This document shows positions 38,428 to 46,372 of a stretch of 64,000 nt of DNA, piece by piece. The translations under genes were made by a program, and so were the position numbers. The DNA is taken from positions 45,427-109,426 of the forward strand of contig JAWOID010000144.1 of the NCBI GenBank assembly GCA_046484865.1, in the 5' to 3' direction. Under the pieces are notes generated by a model that did no database searches, was not told the origin of the DNA, and saw only the letters and a program-made list of their open reading frames with translations. Numbering within the stretch: position 1 is the first letter of the stretch; each line of letters starts with the position of its first letter. The DNA comes from Candidatus Krumholzibacteriia bacterium. Its GTDB lineage: Bacteria; Krumholzibacteriota; Krumholzibacteriia; LZORAL124-64-63.

Positions 38428-40407
38428 TTGAAGAGTGCCCGCCGATTCCCTTCCCCGACGCTCGCGCTCGCCCCGGTGCTCGCACTGGCGGCGCTGATGA
38501 TGGCGGGGTTGCCGGCCTCCGGTGCCGATTTCCCCGATGCCGCCTGTCGCGAGTGCCACACGCGCACGGGGGGCCATCCCCCCGAGATCGGCATGGCGAT
38601 GCTCGCGGGCAGCGTTCACGAGTCCCTCTCCTGCACCGACTGCCACGGCGACATCCAGCAGTTGCCCCATGCTCCGCAACTGGGCGAGGCCGCCTGCGGT
38701 TCTTGCCACAGCGACGCGGCGGAGGTGTACGTGCAGCACGGCCGGGCGAAGGTGGCCGAATCGCCGCACGTCCCCACCTGCGCCGGTTGCCACGGCAGCC
38801 ACGACATCCTGCCCGCCTCATCCCCGCAATCGCGCATCCATCCCTCCAACCAGGTGGAGACCTGCGGCAGGTGCCACGAGGACCAGGCGCTGCTGGACCT
38901 GGTCGGGATCCGCTTCCGTCATCCGGTGGAGATTTACCGGGGCGGCGTGCACGGCAAGGCCACCGCCGGGGGCACCGACGCCGCCGCTTCCTGCAACGAT
39001 TGCCACTCCACCGGCGGCAGCGCGCACCGGATCCTCTCGCCGGGCAGTCCCGAGTCGACCATCAACTTCTTCAACATCCCCAAGACCTGCGGCAAGTGTC
39101 ACGGCGTCATCGAGCAGGATTACTGGGAGGGGATCCACGGCCAGATGGTGGCCCGGGGCCAGGTGGACAGCCCCACCTGCACTCATTGCCACGGCGAGCA
39201 CAACATCCTGCGGCACGACGATCCGCGCTCGCCGGTGAGCGCGTTCCGGGTGGCCGAGGCCACCTGCACGCCCTGCCACGAATCGGCGGCGCTCAACGAG
39301 AAATACGACCTGCCCACCGGTCGCCTCCAGTCGTTCGTCGACTCCTATCACGGCCTCAAGAGCCGCGCGGGCGACCGTACCGTGGCCAATTGCGCCAGTT
39401 GCCACCACGCGCACCTGGTCCTGCCCGCCAGCGATCCGCGCTCCTCGGTGAACCCGGACAACCTGCCCACCATGTGCGGCGAGTGCCATCCCGGCATCTC
39501 GCCGGCGATGGCCACCACGCCCATCCACGCCACCGCGACCGGCCACCGCGCCGGCTGGCCGTGGATCGTGCGCAACATCTACCTGGTGCTGATCGTGGTG
39601 GTCATCGGCGGCATGATCGTGCACTGGCTGATCGATCTCTTCCGCCAGATCATCAACGTCACCCGGGAACCACAGGTGCATCGCATGGAGCCGGACGAGG
39701 TGGTCCAGCACGCGGTGCTGGCCCTGTCGTTCACGCTGCTGGTGGTGACCGGGTTCTCCCTGCGGTTCTACGATGCGTTCTGGAGCCGGTGGCTGTTCGG
39801 CTGGGACGGCGGCGCCAGCGCCCGGGGCGCCCTGCACCGCGGCTCGGGCATCGTCATGATGCTGGGGGCCGTGTGGCACCTGCTGTTCCTGGCCACGCCG
39901 CGCGGCCGGCGTTTCCTGCGCGACATGCTGCCCCGCGTCGAGGACGTGAAGCAACTCGGCCAGATGATGAAGTTCAACCTGGGCCGCTCCGCGGAGCATC
40001 CGCACTTCGGTCGCTTCTCGTACGTCGAGAAGGCCGAGTACTGGGCTCTGGTGTGGGGGACGGTCATCATGGGGCTCACCGGCATCGCGCTCTGGTTCGA
40101 GAACGCAGTGGTGGTCATCTTCCCCAAGGGCCTGCTGGACGTGATGCTGGTCATCCACTACTACGAGGCCTGGCTGGCCTTCCTCGCGATCCTCATCTGG
40201 CACATGTACGCCACCGTGTTCAGCCCGAAGGTCTACCCGATGAATCCCTCCTGGTTGACCGGGACCATGCCGTACCGGATGTTCGTCGAGGAGCACCCGG
40301 CCGCCGTGGTGGAGCCGGTGGGCTCGGCGGGGGCGGGGACAGGCCGGGCTACCGAGCGCGGGCAGGCGGACCATCCCGACACCGAGCGTACCGCTCAGCG
40401 CCGTTGA
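38428..40407 (+). CDS. Multiheme cytochrome c (11 CxxCH) fused to a membrane cytochrome b domain, CbcL-like
   Basis: Signal peptide; CRECH, CTDCH, CGSCH, CAGCH, CGRCH, CNDCH, CGKCH, CTHCH, CTPCH, CASCH, CGECH; 5 TM segments with His in QH, LHR, IHYYEA, WHMY; FGRFSYVEKAEYWALVWG. Confidence 0.92.
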   Translation: MKSARRFPSPTLALAPVLALAALMMAGLPASGADFPDAACRECHTRTGGHPPEIGMAMLAGSVHESLSCTDCHGDIQQLPHAPQLGEAACGSCHSDAAEVYVQHGRAKVAESPHVPTCAGCHGSHDILPASSPQSRIHPSNQVETCGRCHEDQALLDLVGIRFRHPVEIYRGGVHGKATAGGTDAAASCNDCHSTGGSAHRILSPGSPESTINFFNIPKTCGKCHGVIEQDYWEGIHGQMVARGQVDSPTCTHCHGEHNILRHDDPRSPVSAFRVAEATCTPCHESAALNEKYDLPTGRLQSFVDSYHGLKSRAGDRTVANCASCHHAHLVLPASDPRSSVNPDNLPTMCGECHPGISPAMATTPIHATATGHRAGWPWIVRNIYLVLIVVVIGGMIVHWLIDLFRQIINVTREPQVHRMEPDEVVQHAVLALSFTLLVVTGFSLRFYDAFWSRWLFGWDGGASARGALHRGSGIVMMLGAVWHLLFLATPRGRRFLRDMLPRVEDVKQLGQMMKFNLGRSAEHPHFGRFSYVEKAEYWALVWGTVIMGLTGIALWFENAVVVIFPKGLLDVMLVIHYYEAWLAFLAILIWHMYATVFSPKVYPMNPSWLTGTMPYRMFVEEHPAAVVEPVGSAGAGTGRATERGQADHPDTERTAQRR

Positions 40408-40414
40408 CGGGGCG

Positions 40415-40439
40415 TCGCGGCCCCCCGGCGGGGCCGCGA
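40415..40439 (+). terminator. GC-rich hairpin after the cytochrome gene (possible terminator)
   Basis: TCGCGGCCCC-ccggc-GGGGCCGCGA 10-bp stem; no immediate U-tract. Confidence 0.4.
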
Positions 40440-40464
40440 TCGCCTCCCTCTCGACGGTTTTCCC

Positions 40465-40491
40465 TACAGCAACCGCGGTTCCTCCCGATAC
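40465..40491 (+). promoter_or_regulatory. Possible sigma28/WhiG-like promoter
   Basis: TACA-15bp-CCCGATAC versus consensus TAAA-N15-GCCGATAA. Confidence 0.3.
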
Positions 40492-40561
40492 CTCCGCCGA
40501 GGGAATCCTCCGCCCGTCCGAGGGTGGCGAACTCGACCTCAGCGAGGAGTGGTCCGGGTCC

Positions 40562-43486
40562 ATGCCCGTCATCGAGCAGGTCCTCTACGGTCACGCTCCC
40601 GGCCAGACGCACCGGGCCGTGCTCGCGCGCTCGCCCGGCATCGCGCGCGATGGCCTGGTCGAGATCACCCGATTCTGCGAGAACTGGGGCGAGGCACCAC
40701 CCGAGGGGCTCCGCCGCCCCGTCCTCATGTCGTTCCCGCTATGCTCCGGGCTGCCGGACCTGACCGGGCGCCAGTACGCCGTGATCCGCATCGCCCGCGG
40801 CGTGGACCCGCTCCACCATGCGGTGGTCCTGGACGAGGCGGGCTATGCCGCATTCGGCCGCAATCCCTACGTGCTGGCGCAGGAGCGCATCTTCGCGGAC
40901 AGGTGGGAGGTCGGGACGTCGGTCGAGCGACGCCGTGTCGCGCAGCAGTCGCTGGCGCCGCTGGTCTCGCCGCTGCCGTCGGAGGCCGATTGCGGGCTGG
41001 TGGACGAGGCGCTGCGCCAGTTGCTGGCCAGCGGCAAGCTGCTGCTGCCGCTGGCGGCGCCCGACGAGCGGAGCGATCGCCTGCTGGCGCTGCTGGTGCT
41101 CGCGATGCCGCTGGCGCTCAAACGCGACCTGCGCTTCGCGAGCTGGGCTCCCGGCGGGGGGAACGCATACGTCCTGGCGGCCCGCGGCGCCGAGAATGCG
41201 CAGCTGGCGAGCTGGTCTCGACTGTTGATGACCATGCCTTCGGGCCGGCTGGCGCCCGTGAACGAGCGGTACGTCAACGACGTGCGCGAAGCGCTTCTGG
41301 CCGGCGACCTGGGGGCGCTCGAGCAGCTGAGCGCGCACGGACACGTCGATCTGGACATCGGTACCGAGGCGCTGAGGCCCCGTCTGCCCGGCACCGTCAC
41401 CGCCATGATGCGCGTCGCGCCGCAGCCTCGCGCCCGCGGCGGGCCCGCGCGCGGCTTCCTGGTGAGGCCCGCAGCCCTCGTCGGGCGCGGGCGCGCCGCC
41501 GTGGCGGCTCGCGGAGCCGCGACAGGCGAGCCGTTGACGGAGAACGCCGACCTCCAGGCCGTTCGAGAGCGCCGCGGAGGTGTCCACGGCCGGCGCAGTG
41601 CGCGGCGGACGCGCTTGCTGCTGACGATCGCGACGCTGGCACTGACGATCGCCGGCGGCTGGTGGCTGGTGAATCCGGCGCTGGTGGCGGGCCTGGCCCA
41701 CCGGGGACTGCGGGTGGCCCGCCGCGGCGAGGAAGCCGCCGCCATGACCGGGGTGGACGTGGTCTCGCTGGTCCGCGAGCTGCAGGCTCGCGGGGGCTCT
41801 GCTCGTGGCGGGGGCACCGGCGACGACCGGACGGTGACCGAGCTGCACGAGCGGGCCGCGCGGCCGCTCCGCGCTGCGGGGCAGCTGCTGGTGGACGACG
41901 TGAACGCTTGTCAGGAGGCGGACCTCTCCGCTCCGGCGGCGGTCGACGACCTGCGCGCACTCGCTTACCGGGGAGCGGTGATCGAGCGCGAGATCATGCG
42001 CTTGCAGCTGGCCGGCCGCGCCGTCGCACGGGGGGAAGACTTCGGCGCCGTGGGGTTGCTGCCGGGGCCCGAGCTGCGCGAGGACTGGGAGCGGGTTCAG
42101 CGCCGCGATCCGGCCGGACTGAGCCGTGCCGGCGACGAACTGGACGTGAACGATCTGCTCATGGGCGTCCGTGCAGCCGCGCGCCAGGCCGCCGCTCTCG
42201 CCGACGTCGTCAGCCTCCTGCGCCAGCCGCGGCGGGACGGCGACTGGGAACGGCGCCTCGAGAGCGCCGCCGCCCGCTTGCCCACCCGCAACTCACCGGC
42301 CGTGAGCGCCCATCGTGCGGCCGCTCGGGATCTGGCCCGTCTCAAGCGCGCAGAGCAGGCGGAGGGGTTCGAACATCTGGCGTTCGCGCCAGGCTACGGC
42401 GAACTCGCCTGGTTCCCGGCCGCCGTGAAGCGCGTGCTGGGAACCGATCCGGCGGCGGATGCCGAGCGCCGCGCCCGGGATGGCCAGCCGAGGCTGGCGG
42501 TGGCCAGCTGGCGATTCCACGCCGACTTGCTGTGTCTGCCGGAACTGGTGCGTGACGGTGACCAGGTGGCCATGCTCGCCACGCTGGCCGCGCTCGAGGG
42601 CAATCCCGCCGTCCGCTTCGATCCGGGTACCTACCGGGACCACGTGGACCGCAGCCGCCTGGTGCTGGCCGAGGCCCTCATTCGCCGGGGCGCCGACCCC
42701 CAGAGCCTGCCGGAAGCATTCTTCCCCGCCGGGGATCGGACCGCCTGCCTGGAATTCCTCCGCCTGCTGGATTCCCCGCGCACGGCGGACGAGTGGCAGA
42801 CCCTCGGCGATCGGGCTGGTCATCCGTTCCTGACGAGGTGGGCGCGCCGCGCCGCCGCGAGCGCCGCTCGCCAGCGGCAGTCGCGCGCGGCCGAGTTCGA
42901 CGCCGCCTTCACCGAGGTGATGCGTCTCGCCGGTCTCGTCCAGCAGCGCGTCGCGGACGGAGAGGACTGGGGCGATCCGATCGTCGATCTCGGTCCGGCG
43001 ATCGCCAAGGCTCGCGGCCTCTGGCCCGTCGTCGCGGAGGAACGCACCGCCGCGGCCACGTACCTGCACCACCTCGAGCGGATGCTCGAGCGGCCCCTGC
43101 CCGTGCGCCTGACCGGCTTCACCGTGCAGCTGCCGCCCGGGGCCCTGGCGCAACCGACGCCGCTGGTGCTGGATCTGCGCCTGGACGGCGGCGGGAGCCT
43201 CCGGAGCGAGCCGTTCCTCGCCGCCCCGGCCACCGGTGGCGACGACGGGTGGCTGGGCACGTGTCCGCTCGACTGGACGTTCGACCTGCCCCCCGACATG
43301 GGCCTGCGCGTCACCGTGCGGCCGGCCTCCGGCGGCGACCCGCTCCTGGAGACCCGCTATCCGGCGCTCCGGGTGGGTGCGGGCGCGGCGGCTCTCGTCC
43401 GCGCACGCGACGCCGGGCACGGCAGTACCGTCTTCCGTGCCGCCGGAGATCCGGGCCTGCTGCTCGACTGGCCGCCCACTCCCTGA
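40562..43486 (+). CDS. Hypothetical single-pass membrane protein with GAP1-N-like N-terminal domain
   Basis: GAGGAG RBS; N-terminus IEQVLYG..VLARSPG; LLVLAMPLALKRDLRFASW; one TM (LLLTIATLALTIAGGWWLV); helical then beta-rich C-terminal region. Confidence 0.7.
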   Translation: MPVIEQVLYGHAPGQTHRAVLARSPGIARDGLVEITRFCENWGEAPPEGLRRPVLMSFPLCSGLPDLTGRQYAVIRIARGVDPLHHAVVLDEAGYAAFGRNPYVLAQERIFADRWEVGTSVERRRVAQQSLAPLVSPLPSEADCGLVDEALRQLLASGKLLLPLAAPDERSDRLLALLVLAMPLALKRDLRFASWAPGGGNAYVLAARGAENAQLASWSRLLMTMPSGRLAPVNERYVNDVREALLAGDLGALEQLSAHGHVDLDIGTEALRPRLPGTVTAMMRVAPQPRARGGPARGFLVRPAALVGRGRAAVAARGAATGEPLTENADLQAVRERRGGVHGRRSARRTRLLLTIATLALTIAGGWWLVNPALVAGLAHRGLRVARRGEEAAAMTGVDVVSLVRELQARGGSARGGGTGDDRTVTELHERAARPLRAAGQLLVDDVNACQEADLSAPAAVDDLRALAYRGAVIEREIMRLQLAGRAVARGEDFGAVGLLPGPELREDWERVQRRDPAGLSRAGDELDVNDLLMGVRAAARQAAALADVVSLLRQPRRDGDWERRLESAAARLPTRNSPAVSAHRAAARDLARLKRAEQAEGFEHLAFAPGYGELAWFPAAVKRVLGTDPAADAERRARDGQPRLAVASWRFHADLLCLPELVRDGDQVAMLATLAALEGNPAVRFDPGTYRDHVDRSRLVLAEALIRRGADPQSLPEAFFPAGDRTACLEFLRLLDSPRTADEWQTLGDRAGHPFLTRWARRAAASAARQRQSRAAEFDAAFTEVMRLAGLVQQRVADGEDWGDPIVDLGPAIAKARGLWPVVAEERTAAATYLHHLERMLERPLPVRLTGFTVQLPPGALAQPTPLVLDLRLDGGGSLRSEPFLAAPATGGDDGWLGTCPLDWTFDLPPDMGLRVTVRPASGGDPLLETRYPALRVGAGAAALVRARDAGHGSTVFRAAGDPGLLLDWPPTP

Positions 43487-43494
43487 CGATCCTC

Positions 43495-43520
43495 TGCAAC
43501 AACGCCCGCTCCGCGGCGTA
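43495..43520 (+). promoter_or_regulatory. ECF-sigma-type promoter
   Basis: TGCAAC-16bp-CGTA (AAC/CGT pattern; compare B. subtilis SigW TGAAAC-N16-CGTA). Confidence 0.5.
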
Positions 43521-43561
43521 TCTCCCGGGTGACGTCGTTTCCACTCGCGGGAGGTCGCACC

Positions 43562-44116
43562 ATGCGCTTGCACGTTCCTCGCCTTCTGGCCCCGGTCTCG
43601 CGCCGCCTCTCTGCGCTGGCGGCCTTGCTGCTCCTGGTCTCGTCGGTTGCGGCGTCCACGCCGGCTGCCGGCGCCGACACGCCGCGCGACAGTCGCCATC
43701 CCCGGGCCACCGTGCTGGTGAGCCGGGCGGACGCCGACACGGTGATCCTGGATCTCGGGGAGATCGACCGGGCCGTGGAGAACGCCATGGCCGAGGCCCG
43801 CGCCGCCCTGGCGGAGCTGGACGACCTGCAACTCCACGTCAGCGTCGGCCGGGACAACCGGCTGCGCGTCGAGACCGGCGATGATCTGGTGGAGGTGGAC
43901 CTGGATGCCCTGTGGGTCCACGTCCGCGACGGGCTGAGCGAGGCCATGGCCGAGCTGGATCGCGAGCTGAGCCGCGAGTGGTGCACGCGGGCGGCGGATC
44001 GGGCTGGAGCCTCCTCGCTGGAGGCGGACGAGGATCTGCGCGCCGAGCTGCGCCAGCTGAAGCGTGAACTGCGCCAGCTGCGGCGCGATCTGCGCGAGTC
44101 GCGCCGGGACCGCTGA
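43562..44116 (+). CDS. Secreted hypothetical protein with C-terminal coiled coil
   Basis: GGAGG RBS; signal peptide; LRAELRQLKRELRQLRRDL heptads. Confidence 0.75.
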   Translation: MRLHVPRLLAPVSRRLSALAALLLLVSSVAASTPAAGADTPRDSRHPRATVLVSRADADTVILDLGEIDRAVENAMAEARAALAELDDLQLHVSVGRDNRLRVETGDDLVEVDLDALWVHVRDGLSEAMAELDRELSREWCTRAADRAGASSLEADEDLRAELRQLKRELRQLRRDLRESRRDR

Positions 44117-44134
44117 TGCCGGCCCGGCGGACGC

Positions 44135-44857
44135 TCAGCCGGTGCCGGTGCCCGGGCGCGCCGTTCGGGCGGTGAACGGCAGCTCGATCAGTTCGGGCGT
44201 GGTCTCGATGATCCAGTCGGCCGTGTCCAGCTCGCCGTCCTCGCCGAAGCCGTAGCGACAGCCCACGGTGCGCGCGCCTGCGGCGTGGCCGGCCTGGACG
44301 TCGTGGACGCGGTCACCGATGACCACCGCACTGCCGAAACCATGGGACAGGTGCCGGATCATCCCTTCCTTGTCCCGGGCCAGGCGCCAGCGCACCGCCG
44401 CCTCGAGCGACAGCATGCGCGTGAAGAAGCGATCGAGGCGGTGGGCCCGCACGACCGCCTCGAAGTAGGGGCTGGTGGCGTTCGAGAAGAGGAACAGCCG
44501 GTGACCGCGTTCCGCCAGCGTCTCCAGGGTCTCCTCGACTCCCGGATACAGGTCGGTATCGCCGCGGTCCAGGGCGGCGACCTCGGCGCGCACCGAACGC
44601 ACCTCGAACTCGCAGGAGAAGGCGTCCCGCTGCTCCTGGGGCACCGTTGCCGGATCGAACGCCACGCGAAAGAACGCGGATGACGGCAACCCCATGGCCA
44701 GGGCGATCCGCTCCGGGTCCGGTCGCGGCACCGGCAGGTAGAAGTGTCGGTAGGTTTCAGCGAGCCCTTCGGCCACGGCGTCGACGACGGCGCGGCGGGC
44801 GTCCACGAGCGTTCCGTCGGTGTCGAACATCAGTGCGACGTCGGCGGCAGCGTGCAT
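44135..44857 (-). CDS. HAD-family hydrolase (phosphoglycolate phosphatase/nucleotidase-like)
   Basis: FDTDGTLVD, LYPGV, FSN, K, IGDRVHDVQAG, YGFG. Confidence 0.9.
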   Translation of the reverse strand: MHAAADVALMFDTDGTLVDARRAVVDAVAEGLAETYRHFYLPVPRPDPERIALAMGLPSSAFFRVAFDPATVPQEQRDAFSCEFEVRSVRAEVAALDRGDTDLYPGVEETLETLAERGHRLFLFSNATSPYFEAVVRAHRLDRFFTRMLSLEAAVRWRLARDKEGMIRHLSHGFGSAVVIGDRVHDVQAGHAAGARTVGCRYGFGEDGELDTADWIIETTPELIELPFTARTARPGTGTG

Positions 44858-44903
44858 GGTTCCCTCGCATCCTTCCGTGTGTCCGCCCCCGCCGGGCGAC
44901 GGC

Positions 44904-45128
44904 CTAGCGCCGTTCCGCCACCGCGGCGAAGATCTCCTCATCCTCCGGAAAGCGGCCCTGCCGCTTCTTGCTGAACACGAGGTCACCGTCGACGGTGACC
45001 TCGAACACTCCGCCGCCGGAGGGCACCAGTTCCGGCGTCGCTCCGAAGCGCTCCTCGATGGCTGCCGCCAGACTGGCGGCCCGGGGCCCGTAGTCTCAGA
45101 CCCGGCAGTACTCGATCGTGATCTTCAC
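44904..45128 (-). CDS. Rdx-family (SelW/SelT/SelH-like) selenoprotein, 74 aa, UGA=Sec at codon 11
   Basis: GTG after GAAGGA; translates MKITIEYCRV-U-DYGPRAASLAAAIEERFGATPELVPSGGGVFEVTVDGDLVFSKKRQGRFPEDEEIFAAVAERR; TGA at 45096-45098; absent from the ORF track. Confidence 0.93.
45064..45080 (-). promoter_or_regulatory. Bacterial SECIS element
   Basis: GCCGCCA-GUC-UGGCGGC hairpin starting 16 nt after the in-frame UGA, G at the start of the apical loop; resembles the E. coli fdhF CAGGUCUG tip. Confidence 0.8.
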
Positions 45129-45180
45129 GGTTCGTCCTTCCCGTGGCGTGAGGCGTGCGCCTGGAGAGCGGCGCCGGCGC

Positions 45181-46347
45181 TCAGAATCGCAACAGCGGCT
45201 TCGGCCAGGCGGCCAGCGTCTGCTCGAACGACTCGGGAGTGAAGTCCTCGGCGTGCACCACGCTCTGGCCCTCGCCCAGGATCACCTCCCAGATGCGGTC
45301 CTGGATGCGATTGGCGCGGTCCTCCAGCAGGTTGCGCGTCACGTACCAGGTCTGGAAGATCCGCCGGCCGATGACGCTGTGCAGCGTGAGCCCGTTGACG
45401 ATGAGCCGGTCGAAGGCCTGGATCTTGAACGCACCCTGCTTGATCCCGAAGAGGATCACGTGGCCGCCGCGCCGGGTGGACTGGATGGCGTTGTTCACGC
45501 TCGAGTTGAAACCGGCCATGTCCATGCTGACGTCGGCGCCGATGCCGCCGCACGCCGTGCGCACGGCCTGCACGACGTGCTTGTCGGAACTCCAGCCGTT
45601 CCTGGTCGCGTGCGCGGTGTCGAGGGGGATGACCTCGTCCGCGCCCACCTGCCGCGCCATCTCGATGTTCTTGGGCTGCGGCTCCACGCCGACGATCCGG
45701 GTGGCGCCGAGGGCCTTCGCCACCATGATCGCGAAGAGGCCGATGGTCCCGCAACCGAACACGGCCACCGTGGCGCCGCGCAGGTCCGCGGTCGTGCAGG
45801 CGTGCACGGCGTTGCCGAACGGCTCCTGCACCGCGGCCACCTCGAGGCGGATCTTGCGCTGGTCCGTGGGCCAGAGCACGTTCGCTGGCAGCTGGATGTA
45901 TTCGGCGAAGCAACCGTCACGCCCGATGCCGATGATCGTGTCCTGGCTGCAGATGTGGGTCTGTCCCGTGCGGCACTGGTAGCACGCGCCGCAGATGATG
46001 TGCGACTCGGTCGAGACGATGTCCTTGGGCCGCAGGCCATGGCTGGCCGCCGCCCGCGTGCCCACGTCGACCACCTCGCCGATCATCTCGTGGCCGATGA
46101 CGCGGACCGTCCCGCCCTCCCGCTTCAGGCTGTCGAAGATCATGCCCTTGAAGGCCGTCCGGTTCCAGATGCCGCGGTCGCTGCCGCAGAATCCGGCGTA
46201 GACGACCTTCACGATCACGCTGTCGGCATCGGCAGGACGGGCGTTCTCGTCGAGCGTCGGGCGAGGCACCTCCCTCGACTCGAACCCGCGGGTGCTGTCC
46301 CATGGCATGCTGGCCTTGTCGTAGACCAGCGCCTTCATCCCGTCCAT
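45181..46347 (-). CDS. Zn-dependent medium-chain dehydrogenase, L-threonine 3-dehydrogenase-like
   Basis: GFCGSD, IGHEMIG, ESHIICGACYQC..THIC, DGCFAEY, QEPFGNAVH, GCGTIG, GRRIFQTWY; alternative start 46338. Confidence 0.85.
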   Translation of the reverse strand: MDGMKALVYDKASMPWDSTRGFESREVPRPTLDENARPADADSVIVKVVYAGFCGSDRGIWNRTAFKGMIFDSLKREGGTVRVIGHEMIGEVVDVGTRAAASHGLRPKDIVSTESHIICGACYQCRTGQTHICSQDTIIGIGRDGCFAEYIQLPANVLWPTDQRKIRLEVAAVQEPFGNAVHACTTADLRGATVAVFGCGTIGLFAIMVAKALGATRIVGVEPQPKNIEMARQVGADEVIPLDTAHATRNGWSSDKHVVQAVRTACGGIGADVSMDMAGFNSSVNNAIQSTRRGGHVILFGIKQGAFKIQAFDRLIVNGLTLHSVIGRRIFQTWYVTRNLLEDRANRIQDRIWEVILGEGQSVVHAEDFTPESFEQTLAAWPKPLLRF

Positions 46348-46372
46348 CGGCTGGTACTCCGTCGGTGTGGCC

